Positions 12,101-22,051 of a stretch of 50,704 bases of DNA are shown here, one piece after another; within the stretch, counting starts at the first letter, position 1; the number at the start of each line of letters is the position of its first letter. The notes beneath the pieces are model-generated. The model had not been told where the DNA came from, searched no databases, and saw nothing but the letters and a program-made list of their open reading frames with translations. This DNA is from Nemertoderma westbladi (Eukaryota; Animalia; Xenacoelomorpha): assembly GCA_032718475.1 (NCBI GenBank), contig JAUCBJ010003433.1, positions 1 through 50,704 on the forward strand. The letters are read 5' to 3'. Position numbers and translations under genes: made by a program.

Positions 12101-13040
12101 TTGGGCGGTTCTGTTATTCTACCTAAAGAAAGAAAAGTCTCGCGTTTCATCAGCCAATCAGCGTGCAGCTTCCAGCGAGGTCGAGAGTTCCTCAGCCATC
12201 GGGAGTTCCTCAGCCAATCAGCGTGCAGCTTCCAGCGAAGTCGTCTTGGGATTGGATTCGAGTTACGACGTTCTGTGCGATAGTTCCATGTTCCGAGCTA
12301 CTCAGATAGAACGTTCCGCTCTACACGACGCCAAACGTTCCACCTACGAACAGACCAAGCGTTGCGTGGAGACCTGTCTGTTGTTAGGCAACACCGAGCG
12401 CGCGGTCCAGTTGCTACTGGAAACGGACCCCGGTTCGGACTCCTTCTACACTGACTGTATGTCGGCCTGTCTGGTCGCCAACGTTAACAGCTCGTCCGGA
12501 CTGTCGCTCAGCACCGTTAAACTCGTCGCCACGCATCTCATAGCGAACGGGCGACTCTCGGAAGGGGTTCAACTCCTCTGTATGATCGGGAAGTCGCTGG
12601 ACGCCTGTAAGTATCTCATGACTTATAACTGTTGGAACCGAGCGGTTTGGTTGGCTAAGGCAACGCTGCCACCGGAAGAGTGTGGCGAAGTCCTCCGTCG
12701 CTGGATCGACTATTTATCCTCCGCTAAGGTGAACCGGAAGGATCTCGCTGTTCTCGTCTGGGTGTCCCAAGGGGAGTTCCTACGAGCGGTGGAGTTGCTT
12801 CACTCCCTCGGATACGGGGATACCGCCGGGTTGGTTCTACTCGCGTGTCGGCAGTTCGGATTCCTCGGGGGGACCGAGCAAACCCGCGCACAGACGTTGT
12901 GTACCTCGGTGCTGGGCAACTACGCTCGGCATTTATGGTCTGTTGGTTTGCAGAGCGCCGCTGAGTATTACTGTAAGGAACTAGGGGATAGGGGAGAGGA
13001 TATTATAGCTGAGTTAACTCTAGCAGACGATGGTATGTAA
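9198..13040 (+). CDS. WDR11: WD repeat-containing protein 11, single uninterrupted ORF (~1280 aa)
   Basis: Recognised motifs from end to end: LN..NK.A.DWG....AYGC, VKW..E.YHH....PY...L.SAD..G, MCPPLTT.N...YQPLLAV, FAPGKGN, DW..SDKPVLA..DGC, RAVQLLLET, EGVQLLC.I.K..DAC.YL. First ATG is at 9198; the ORF track starts at a TTG at 9156. Confidence 0.95.
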   Translation: MIPSDNRSSQPETAHWDPNNPELQSVFVKPRVFPGLLNSLNKRAFDWGPHSHVAYGCQNVIAVVTAHNSRVFQVLEAHRAAVINVKWRSEDYHHGEATPYSMKLVSADSSGWLISWDVVKGRNLAEFHDNRQPVVDMSWLIHQPFGSNHDLLATLHSPYNLILWEADTGNRLWKKSFTSELYSFTFDSFDPNRVAFLSSNCILLVDDFSVSKSPSSNGKKYFIASQTSTSSDSSSPEDKHHSLSDTRAAIKRVTRMLVFNEREETTNKPAGTSTNLNDCLQVEFIKARRDILLLLYPREVLFIDLHVFQTVSYISLDKPVSSLLRCVPCRSRDAVLCLHENGAVSLRVCGVGRSGSVSPQSHDSSDIIYDLRATSESIRVSKSLKPFSLCINPISELNFSVIFSDGRIYLYSVMSSPRTQTNKPSGSNYCYPTSLNSPGRDRIFPKDCPNIILSDLFSPTTSLETDDGHPVHIGAPPTTAAAVAPLVGSGAPPVPTTDTTAQHPITLRIITSGILPPLVPPPFVIRMCPPLTTRNFPWYQPLLAVSSTSGSGGTAGVLQILNLSKGLLVKQFAVHSNVIRGVQWLDLNSVVTFAYPNPSPSSGLVLNEISLLDITTGVHSSLRGDKGDEPPIVCIRVSHLRQYLAVVFADPKPFEIWDLRSQLLVREMPRRFPTISALEWSQSAGGGKSAAAKRQSGVGDDIIGLEIGDLGSTPQRRASFREHFVCSDYTGMLYHFTVEGNVVRDSNRIPVGNSQITCMSWKADTVVLADTDANIHLWDLKARLSRTFPTSQQRGIARKARFAPGKGNLNIILLYNDGIDVWDTRAVELVSSLRSPKDLVAKLVDVDWASSDKPVLASSDGCLRVFDLGLTTTTSSIDFARCAPSLNPALLPHREAMALKSFIQNQDWRENFSFNFTDLKLDNQEILSVSLRCLDNSLVNFISSSYISISLRCFIAAMLYSDQFEMRLWAVLLFYLKKEKSRVSSANQRAASSEVESSSAIGSSSANQRAASSEVVLGLDSSYDVLCDSSMFRATQIERSALHDAKRSTYEQTKRCVETCLLLGNTERAVQLLLETDPGSDSFYTDCMSACLVANVNSSSGLSLSTVKLVATHLIANGRLSEGVQLLCMIGKSLDACKYLMTYNCWNRAVWLAKATLPPEECGEVLRRWIDYLSSAKVNRKDLAVLVWVSQGEFLRAVELLHSLGYGDTAGLVLLACRQFGFLGGTEQTRAQTLCTSVLGNYARHLWSVGLQSAAEYYCKELGDRGEDIIAELTLADDGM

Positions 13041-13729
13041 GAGTTAAGGGATTAATACTTTGCTGTGATCCAAATTTATGTAATTCTGGTGCATTGTGTT
13101 TTTATTGAAGTTAATTTATTAAAATGTTTAACTCTTACGTTTGTTCTTATTATTTTCGATTTGGTAGCTTCTTTCAATATTAGAAAATTTAGAATCGTTA
13201 AACTTTGTTTTTATTGTTCAATTCCAGGATTACTTAACGCTTGTTCATAGGCGAGCGTTGAGTAAGTCATGTAATTGACGAGCCAAAATGCAAGAAGGCA
13301 AGAAAGCTTAAGTATAATTTAAAAATCGATTAGGATAAGATAAGAACAAGTAAAATATTTTGTTTATTCTAATTGCTGCTACATAATAAAATAATGCTAT
13401 CCTCGAATTATTATTACCTTATAATATTAATAATTAAAGTCTTATGATAAGAGGCCAGACACAACTTTTTGTATTACTAGCTCTGTAGTTACTAATTTAA
13501 TTGTTTTTTCAAACGTTTCTCCATTCACACCCCCACCCCCCCCCCCCCCCCCCGTGATTGAACAAGTTAGGCCAATTAAAAAAAACAAAATTAATTAATA
13601 AAAAATTGCAATTCCTAAAAACGTGTGATGATGATGATGAATAGGGATTTCCCGGAATTCCGTTCCGGCCACAATTCCGGTTCCGTTCCGGTTATTACCA
13701 ATTAGTTTAAGATACTTTTCAACACTTGT

Positions 13730-13919
13730 AAAAAAAAGTATAGAAATAAAGTTTTCTTCGACCGTTAGAGCGAACATTTAAGGATGCAAGGCATAGATGC
13801 CCCTTCAAACCATTCGTGCTGAATCGAAAACTGCCTTGGCCCATATGCTGGGATCGAATCCACGACCTCCAGATAGATTGGAATTCAATGCAACCACTAC
13901 ACCAAGCCAAGGTGGAACC
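13730..13919 (-). mobile_element. Diverged, internally deleted copy of the same tRNA-SINE
   Basis: Shares AAGGATGCAAGGCA, CGAAAACTGCC.TGGCCCAT and AATTCAATGCAACCACTACACCAAG...GGTGGAACC with the other two copies. Confidence 0.8.
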
Positions 13920-14660
13920 TAAGTAACCTAACTAATGAGGGAAAATTCACAGCCACCCTGTTCAGTTTATTAAAGTGAATGCAGTCTTGATGGGTATATG
14001 TAACACATTTCCAAAAACATTTCACCTGGTAATCAAACTAAAATGGTCCCACCATATGTTACACCACGAAATGCATCAATAGGCCCGTGCCACACTGGTC
14101 AGAATGTCAAAATGAATGCCTCCTTGCTCCATAGGTAACACGAGTCTTAAGTCATTTGATAAAAAATATAAGATGCATCTCACATTTACAGCATATTTAT
14201 AACCAAAGTAAGCAATCGCAGGTCTCTTGGCGGATATAACACGAGTCATGTGTCAAAAGATGGAACATGGGACATAATCACTTCTGACTTTTAGGTCGTA
14301 ACGTATTGAAACCAATGTGTTCCATAATTTATTCTGACTAAGACTATAAGACTTACCAGTGGAGCACGGGCCTTAGCGGGTGGTTTTTCCAATTTGCTTA
14401 TTACAATCTGCTTATAAAATGACCATTATTGTAAGATCATTACAATATTTTACATTGATTTTTTACATTATTTTACATTGAATTTAAATTATTTTACATT
14501 GATTTTATATTATTTTAATCCAGAAACGATATTGCTAAACATATTATAATTCGCATAAACAATAAAATAATTATTATATACCAATAATAATATATAACCC
14601 TTCACCCACACACATAATTTAAATAATGTAAATAATGTAAAAACAGATTGACTTATGGAT

Positions 14661-17600
14661 CTAATACTGCCCAGCAAGGTCGTAGCCGCGCAATCCCGCA
14701 CCGTCGCCGAATCCCAAGCATCGCCATGGGCGACGACCGCCTCGGAGGCAGAGGGAGCTAGACCGGAGGAGAGCGAACTGGAGCCGCCGACGGACACCCC
14801 CCAACACACACGCGAGGCCCCTCTCCCGCATACCATCCCGCCTTGCCACGAGTGACTCGGCGAGGTGGCGGATGAGGATCTGGGCCTCGGTGCACCAGAT
14901 TCCATCGGTGGTGCCGACCAGAGGGGTGAATGCCATCCTCCGGTCTTCGCAGACGGTGCGGTAGTGGTTCTTCTTGTACCGACACCGTTCGTCCAGGAGA
15001 GACTCAATCGAACGGTTAGCCCGGGAATACGTGGTGGCGTCAGCGTTGATGATCGCAATGTCGAACGACGCCACACGTTGGTTTTCCCAGACCCCCCGAA
15101 CGACCAAGTCTGCCCGGACTCCCCCAACCTCCCGACCCTCTCTGTCCAGGTGACCCCGGGACAGGGTTACCTCCCGCTCCACTGAGGATGGCCCAACAAC
15201 TGAGGCCATGAGGTCGCCGAAGACCTCCCGAACCTCATTGTGTCGCTTCACTATGAGGCCGCCAGACTTGCAGGAGAGGGCGTGGGATGTGGAGAACGAT
15301 TCTCCACAGCCCTCGCACCTTGCTGGTAGATCCGGCGGAACGAGGCCGTACCGGAGGGCCAGGGAGTCGCGGAACTCGTCAGGGGTGAGGTCGGTGTGAT
15401 CCAACACCGACGGCTGGGCCGTCAACCACCCCCCAGTCTTGTTTGTCACAGTTCGGGTGACAGTTCTCCGACGATCAGCTGGCAAGTCAGCCAAAGCTGA
15501 CTGCTGCCTCGCCTTGTATAATGTGTCCTGCTCTTCTCGCGACTCCTTCAGGACCTGCTTGAGGCGCGAGATGTGGTTTGCTATGTGAAGGGGCCGGCCG
15601 GACTGTATCGCCTCAGAAACTAAAGAGGTGCCGTCCGTGGATGCTGTCCGTGCGGGGGTTCGTCGCATCTGAGGATCTCTGAGGCCTATCCCCCCATGGC
15701 GTGCTGGGAGGAGGACAAGATCCTCTTCGACTGATCCCCGAGGTGTCCCGAATAAGGCCGGGACGAAATCGTGGATCAGCGCATTATGGATGGGTGCGAG
15801 GTCCTCGTCTGTTGTGGGAATGACCCTGAGCAGATAGTCCCACTCCGCTTGGATGCAGCGAGTCATCCCGGTGTGGGCCGTCTGCGGGTATTCTTTAGCG
15901 ACAACAGACAATTTCCTGATGCTGCCCACCCAACCTGTCACCTTGTCAGCCACATACTTCCTCCGGTCCGTCTCATCGCCTATGAAGCCGCCAAGGAACC
16001 TCTGCCCTGAGACTATTTGTACACCACTGCCGCCGAAGAGTGCCTCAGCCTCTGCTTTAAACTCTGGCTTGACCACAAGTATACTCTTCGTGGGTTCTGG
16101 GTTGTACCCTATCCGTGGGCCCAAGAGTTGAAGCTCGGTCCACCAATGGTTGATGCCTGCCAATGTCCCGACGTTAGACGCGTCATCGGCGTACCAACAC
16201 TGCCGCTGGGGTGGGCTGTGGTGGGCTGGGGGTTGGGTTGGATGTGGAACCGTAGTGGATCCAGGTGGCAGTGGAACCGTGGCAGGTGCGGTTGCGGGTG
16301 GCAGTGGAACCGTGGCTGGTCCGGGTGGCAGTGGAACTGTGGCGGGTGCGGGTGGCAGTGGAACCGTGGCAGGTGCGGGTGGCAGTGGAACCATGGCAGG
16401 TGCGAGTGGCAGTGGAACCGTTGTGGGTGCGGGTGGCTGTGGAACCGTGGCAGGAGCGGGTGGTAGTGGAACCGTGGCGGGTCCAGGTGGCAGTGGAACC
16501 GTGGCAGGTCCAGGTGGCGGTGGAACCGTGGCGGGTGCGGGTGGCAGTGGAACCGTGGCGGGTCCAGGTGGCAGTGGAACCGTGGCGGGTGCGGGTGGCA
16601 GTGGAACCATGGTAGGTGCGAGTGGTAGTGGAACCGTTGTGGGTGCGGGTGGCTGTGGAACCGTGGCAGGAGCGGGTGGTAGTGGAACCGTGGCGGGTCC
16701 AGGTGGCAGTGGAACCGTGGCAGGTCCAGGTGGCAGTGGAACCGTGGCAGGTCCAGGTGGCAGTGGAACCGTGGCGGGTCCGGGTGGCAGTGGAACCGTG
16801 GCAGGTCCAGGTGGCAGTGGAACCGTGGCGGGTGCGGGTGGCAGTGGAACCGTGGCGGGTCCAGGTGGCAGTGGAACCGTGGCGGGTCCAGGTGGCAGTG
16901 GGACCGTGGCAGGTAAGGCTACGGGTGGCAGTGGAGCCGTGGCGAGTCTAACAGGTGATTGGTCCACCTCGTGGTTCCTCAGATATCCTGGTGGAATATC
17001 ACAGGAGTCTAGATTGCGCAGCTTCCTAACCATCGGCAGAGTACCGCAGCCATAACCCAGCATGGCTACCGGGTCGCCCTGAGTCCAGCCTTCCTGACTC
17101 CAGATAGGATCGTGGCAGCCATGGAGGTAGAGGGCTGCATGGCCGTTATAGGCGTTAAATACAAACCTTGATGCGCGGTGCCAGAGGACCCTGCAGTTCC
17201 AAAGTGAAACTGGCCGGCTAATGGAATTAAACGCATTGCTAGCGTCGACGAGAAGCATCGCCTGTGTTCCTTCCTCTCCGAAAATGGCAGACATCGCGTG
17301 AACTCCACCCTCGATGCCGGCCTTTAACCCGGCGCATAGCTGGTCGGCACCGCACTGAAGACCAAGGTCGGCCTTCGTAGCAGAAGTGACGCAGTTGGAG
17401 AGGAGGCGGTACAACACTTCGCCGATGCCGATGGGCCTGACGCCCGGCTTTTTGTCTAGTGCGATGAGCCTGCAGGCGCGTAGAGCTCTGATCTCGCCCC
17501 AAGGAACAATGGAGTTGGTCAAGCGGCGTGCCAGACTTGCGACCGCTACTCGTAGGCGGGTACTGTGCGCCTCGTACCGAGACAAAAGGGCGCACCAAAG

Positions 17601-18677
17601 CTCGGCATCCCCACCGACTGGGCCGGCACTACCACTGAGGGTCCTAGCAATCCGCAGGACCGACTGCGCTGTGATATCGACCCCCTCTAGAGGAGGAAGG
17701 TCGGGACAAGGTTCTAGAGAGTCGGCGGAAACGGGCAGCTGACTAGGATGTTTTTGCTGGAGGATGTCCCTCACGGTGACACCGGGGGGCTGGCCCTCGG
17801 CCTGGGCATTGGGGTCGAGAACCCCGCCGCATTCCCGATCTGTCACCGACCGGATCGCGGACCGGTTCATTCCTGCTAGGACCTTGCGGTTGAAGATCCG
17901 CGCGCTGTCGTTGTTCGACGATGATGGTCGGCGTCCTGTTGGGAACTTGGCATTGCAGCGCTCAGTCTCTGCTAGGAGCGGATCATATTCGCCCCGTTCC
18001 CACATCTCGACCCGTCGAAGGATTGTCCTCCTGACATCCGGACTCTTCACCACATCCGGGTCACGCTGAAAAACAACAGCTACAAAACAGAGGGGGCGCT
18101 CTGACGGGTACACACCTAGTATAAGGTAGTCAAGTTCCTGTGTGAGGACATCAACGACCTTTCGACCCACATTACCGCCTGGAACTATGTAACGCCTGCT
18201 CGGGAGTTGGGTGAGTCGGGCGTGGCGGGATTCCCACTGGGGGTCAGTGGAAGACCCGGGACAGTTGAGCCAGACGCCGCCGTAGGCTGCTTCCAGCACA
18301 TCTGACGTCGAGAGGGTGGGCCGAGTCTGGGTGAGGGGGGGGTTTGGGGGCGCCGATGAGAAGACTCCATGTACTGTGTTCCCAGTGCTAGAGTGTCGTG
18401 GAGAAGGAGCGGCTACCAATGTTGCATCCAGATCGTCTGAATCGATAGGTGGTGGAGTTGGCGGAAGTGCTACCAGCGTAGCATCCAGGTCGGGGTCGGG
18501 GACCGGACTTGGGCTAGATCTTGCTGCGGCCTGATTTTTACACTTGCCCGAAACCAGCGGTGTACAGGTGACACAAGGCTGCCCTTGTCGGGCGCATCCA
18601 CACCGACTTGAAGAGGCGCAGGCAGCCGCCGCGCAATTACAGCAGCGCTGCGATCTCTGCGACATTGTTCGGATCAA
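14661..18677 (-). CDS. CRE-clade-like non-LTR retrotransposon ORF: Cys-rich N-terminus, reverse transcriptase, CCHC knuckle and restriction-like endonuclease
   Basis: ALDKKPGVRPIGIGE, LLVDASNAFNS, TQGDP, WYADD, RFLGGFIG; C..C......HALSC..GG...RHN; RADL...G.W.....FD. Intact 1338-codon ORF with first ATG at 18665. Confidence 0.9.
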   Translation of the reverse strand: MIRTMSQRSQRCCNCAAAACASSSRCGCARQGQPCVTCTPLVSGKCKNQAAARSSPSPVPDPDLDATLVALPPTPPPIDSDDLDATLVAAPSPRHSSTGNTVHGVFSSAPPNPPLTQTRPTLSTSDVLEAAYGGVWLNCPGSSTDPQWESRHARLTQLPSRRYIVPGGNVGRKVVDVLTQELDYLILGVYPSERPLCFVAVVFQRDPDVVKSPDVRRTILRRVEMWERGEYDPLLAETERCNAKFPTGRRPSSSNNDSARIFNRKVLAGMNRSAIRSVTDRECGGVLDPNAQAEGQPPGVTVRDILQQKHPSQLPVSADSLEPCPDLPPLEGVDITAQSVLRIARTLSGSAGPVGGDAELWCALLSRYEAHSTRLRVAVASLARRLTNSIVPWGEIRALRACRLIALDKKPGVRPIGIGEVLYRLLSNCVTSATKADLGLQCGADQLCAGLKAGIEGGVHAMSAIFGEEGTQAMLLVDASNAFNSISRPVSLWNCRVLWHRASRFVFNAYNGHAALYLHGCHDPIWSQEGWTQGDPVAMLGYGCGTLPMVRKLRNLDSCDIPPGYLRNHEVDQSPVRLATAPLPPVALPATVPLPPGPATVPLPPGPATVPLPPAPATVPLPPGPATVPLPPGPATVPLPPGPATVPLPPGPATVPLPPGPATVPLPPAPATVPQPPAPTTVPLPLAPTMVPLPPAPATVPLPPGPATVPLPPAPATVPPPPGPATVPLPPGPATVPLPPAPATVPQPPAPTTVPLPLAPAMVPLPPAPATVPLPPAPATVPLPPGPATVPLPPATAPATVPLPPGSTTVPHPTQPPAHHSPPQRQCWYADDASNVGTLAGINHWWTELQLLGPRIGYNPEPTKSILVVKPEFKAEAEALFGGSGVQIVSGQRFLGGFIGDETDRRKYVADKVTGWVGSIRKLSVVAKEYPQTAHTGMTRCIQAEWDYLLRVIPTTDEDLAPIHNALIHDFVPALFGTPRGSVEEDLVLLPARHGGIGLRDPQMRRTPARTASTDGTSLVSEAIQSGRPLHIANHISRLKQVLKESREEQDTLYKARQQSALADLPADRRRTVTRTVTNKTGGWLTAQPSVLDHTDLTPDEFRDSLALRYGLVPPDLPARCEGCGESFSTSHALSCKSGGLIVKRHNEVREVFGDLMASVVGPSSVEREVTLSRGHLDREGREVGGVRADLVVRGVWENQRVASFDIAIINADATTYSRANRSIESLLDERCRYKKNHYRTVCEDRRMAFTPLVGTTDGIWCTEAQILIRHLAESLVARRDGMRERGLACVLGGVRRRLQFALLRSSSLCLRGGRRPWRCLGFGDGAGLRGYDLAGQY
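16245..16945. repeat. 27-bp coding minisatellite, about 25 copies, encoding (PPGPATVPL)n inside the RT
   Basis: Unit GGTGGCAGTGGAACCGTGGCGGGTCCA; the variant block PQPPAPTTVPLPLAP occurs twice. Confidence 0.95.
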
Positions 18678-19164
18678 TTTATATTATATTCATAGACTAC
18701 GGTAAGCTGTACAGCAGTCAGTAGGCCGGTCAGTAGGTCAGTAGTATTCCAGTAGTACAAGTATTCTGGGCTTTATTGTTTTCATTTGAGTTATAATTCA
18801 TTTTATAAATATATTAATTAATCATAAATAATTTATTTAATTTATTTAATTAAATATAGTAAAATAATTATATTATCACAGTAAAACACTATTGTACCAT
18901 TAAAAAGAAAATAATAACAGAATAGGACTACAACAATTTAGGAGAAACTATAGAACCAATAAAGCAATAATAAATTTTGACAAACTATAGAACTGATAAA
19001 ACTGATAAAACAACATATTTTGACAAACTAAAGCATACAGTATGTTCACTATATCATTAAAAAGAAAACAACAACATAATAGGACTACTACAATTTAGGA
19101 AAAACTGAAGAAAAACAAGTAGAGCAACGGCGTTTAGGGTAAATCAGCAGTCTGGTCTAGAGGT

Positions 19165-19447
19165 AAAAAAGTAAAGTAAAAGTAAATTTTCTTCGGCCGC
19201 TAGGCCAGGGATTACGCGCAAAGTCTGACGACTTATTTCCAGTGCGGTCCCCCCAGAACGTTACTCCCCAGAGGAAACTCTAGTACTCATTTAGCTACCA
19301 CTTAAGGATGCAAGGCAGAGATACGCCCTGGCTGGTCCCTTTAAAGCATTCGTGCCGAAACGAAAACTGCCCTGGCCCATGTGAGGATCGAACCCACGAC
19401 CTACAGGAGATCTGAATTCAATGCAACCACTACACCAAGGTGGAACC
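19165..19447 (-). mobile_element. tRNA-derived SINE inserted at the end of the second CRE ORF
   Basis: Near-identical to 7449-7722; flanked by an imperfect 9-bp TSD TCTAGAGGT (19156-19164) / TCAAGAGGT (19448-19456). Confidence 0.85.
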
Positions 19448-20861
19448 TCAAGAGGTGTCTCCCCTGTCTCTCCCTGTACCCCTCCATTTCACCCAAACCG
19501 AAAGATTCTGTCACGCAGGAGGCATTGCCGATCTGAACACAGATCGCAATTCGTTGATGGAGAAATTCAGTGGCACGTTTGTTTCCTGTGCTACTCTCAA
19601 TGCGTCTACCAACCTCTCGGAGAAATGCCAAGGAGCATGGGCCAATACCACCCAGGGTTTCAAAAGCAACTGGTTGCACAATATAACTATTAGATAGCTC
19701 CTTGTATTTATCGAGCTTTCTAGCCTCTGCCAGGTCTGCAACTGAAGCTCCATCTAGTCCAGCAGAAGATGAGTAAGAGGCAGCCAATCTGTGTGTACAT
19801 GTGAAGTCCCACATTAGCGGCTTCCCTCTATTCCAAGGCAGCAATGTAGAACCAACTGCTGAACCAACTGGGCGTTTGCAGGATGAGCTACATAATCCTA
19901 TTGGCTCCAGGGTTGAAGGCATCTCTGCAGCGATTAGCCCATGGTAGATTGCGTTGTTGCAAAGGCGGTGGCGACCATTTCGGCTCTTGGTGTGTTTGCA
20001 GACAAGAGCATGGTTTGCAGTCTCATCAACTAAGGTGCCGCACACGCATATGTGCTGGGAGCATACAGGTGCACCTAGACGGAGAGAGACTGCAATTCCA
20101 AACTGCTTGTCTGAGAGACGAAGCCGAAGAGACTAAGAGTTGATGATGGCAGAGCATTAAGCCAGTCCCCTGATCCTGGTGCTCGGCAGCCTTTCAGATG
20201 GGCAACAGCTAAATTATCGGAACTGTGAATGAGCTCCTCAAATTGGGTTTGCTAAATAGGCTCTAGCCAGTTACGTTGTCTTGAGGGGTTTGTGGGAATT
20301 TCATTTGTCAATGAATAATCGCGCCAGAGTTTTAATGCCTGTGCTCGCTCTGGGAGTGGAGGAGCATCGCCGATGTCAAAGATAGCTGTGCGTAGTGTGC
20401 AGTTCTTTAATGTGGAAGACAGGAATGCACATGGAGCAATGACTGAGATTGGTGGTATCCCAAGTCCTCCATATCGAGCTGGTAGGCAAGCCTGCTTGAA
20501 TATAGACGGAGTAAGCTCGGAATTGGTAACATCATTCTATTAAGGTGTCTTTAATGCAGTTGTCAATACGGCGTAGAACATCAGGGAATGCAAAAGATGG
20601 TGTTGTGCGGAGCAAGTAGACCAGCTTAGGGATTGCCAAACAGTTCTTTAGCAAGAAGAACGCATCATGGTTGCACAGGAGCTTAAGTCTGGACTGGAAC
20701 AGAGTGAGGTTTGCAAGCTTATCGTTCAATGAGGATTCGATAGCTGCCTTGCCTATTGGAGCTCCAAGGAGGAGGATATCTCTGGGCAAAGTTTCCCTAA
20801 TGTTGGGGAAGTCAGTCTGGAAGGCTTCCAGTATGTGGTCATGCCTAGCCTTATCATTATG
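19448..20861 (-). pseudogene. 3' part of a second, decayed CRE-like non-LTR retrotransposon (RT thumb and RLE)
   Basis: LLGAPIG, AFFLLKNCLAIPKLVYLLRT, CG...D....HALVC.....RH, EP.GL, W..GK.L.WDFTC, PVAFETLG; broken by stops and frameshifts. Confidence 0.85.
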
Positions 20862-22031
20862 TGTTCGCGCTTTTAAGACCTTTGGCAGTTTAACCCGCCA
20901 AATCTATATGTCTTCTAGGTTATAAATCGACTTTAGCCTATGACAAGTATTTGACACAAATAAATCCAACATTAGCCGAAGCCAGTCTATGCGCGACCAT
21001 TCACCCGCTGGATATACCCGGGAGACTGGATTCGGATGCTTTAATTTGATTGCGGTGCAGGCCTACCGTACTATTCGATTGATCGTTAATATATAATCTC
21101 TGACAAATATTATTCACTTTCGGGAAATATTAGCAGTTCCTTTAGGACGTGGCGCTCTATCTATATAAACAGAGCTATGGCTTACACTAAACACAACGGA
21201 ATGGATTATAAGTTACACATAAGGCGCATTCTTTAGGAGATGCTTTGTTACGCGGACAAGCACATACAGACTATTGCACACCGCTGCACACTGAATTGCC
21301 GATAGTCACTGATTTTAATCATATATAAAGAGAATAGCAACCGACATTTGTAGGGCCTATAAAATAGCATTCAATTCACTACAAACCACGATAATATAAG
21401 TCGCAATTGCTATATGTAGCCGGTCTCTCTAACCTTAGTGTATCAAGAAGATCGGGGTTTCTGATCGTTTATCGTTATTCTCCAAATAACAATATGTAAA
21501 CGAATGATACATTTAATAACAAACAGCAAATAGCAGTAAATAATGTGCAATACGTACCGTACCGTTATGTGTTCTTAGTGTCTCGTACCGCTGTACCGGT
21601 AACAGTTATGTGTTCTTATAATTAAAGCCGTTCTAATGTTGGAATAAAACAGAATAATTCCATAGCCGATGTTCATGGCATCAGGAATACCAACACACTG
21701 AACCCTGTGAGCTGTTGCAGGTAGCTTTCAACACAAGGAGGAAAAGCTCTCATTGGCAGAGTTCCAGTTTCTATAAGTTCCATGAATGTCTAAATGCCAA
21801 ACCTCCCTAGCCTTTGCAGCCCATAGCCAACACAAGGCTAAATCGCTATGCTTGGTCGATCATTGTTCTGATTGGTTAATCGAACAGAACAAAGAGGCCA
21901 TACGTACAGCAAATCAGCCAACCAGCGGGCGGATTGTGCCACTAGAAGCAACAGTTTAGAGGATTTGAGCGAATGGGGGAAAACTGGATTACAAATGGAA
22001 AAGGCCAGTTATATCCCCAAAAGCTTTTACA
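20862..22031 (-). repeat. 3' LTR (1170 bp)
   Basis: TGTTCGCGC...GCTTTTACA; only three substitutions versus 30164-31333 noticed by eye. Confidence 0.95.
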
Positions 22032-22051
22032 CCGCTCCCAGAAAATGGGAT

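Noticed and set aside
9620-12283. Multiple alternative-frame and antisense ORFs within WDR11
   Set aside because: Expected in GC-rich coding sequence; no recognisable motifs.
14440-14660. TSD or specific target repeat for the intact CRE element
   Set aside because: AT-rich TTTTACATT repeats are present, but no match to the 5' flank was found.
16017-17055. Gly-rich, VAVEPW-repeat and GWQWN-repeat plus-strand ORFs
   Set aside because: Antisense shadows of the 27-bp repeat inside the retrotransposon ORF.
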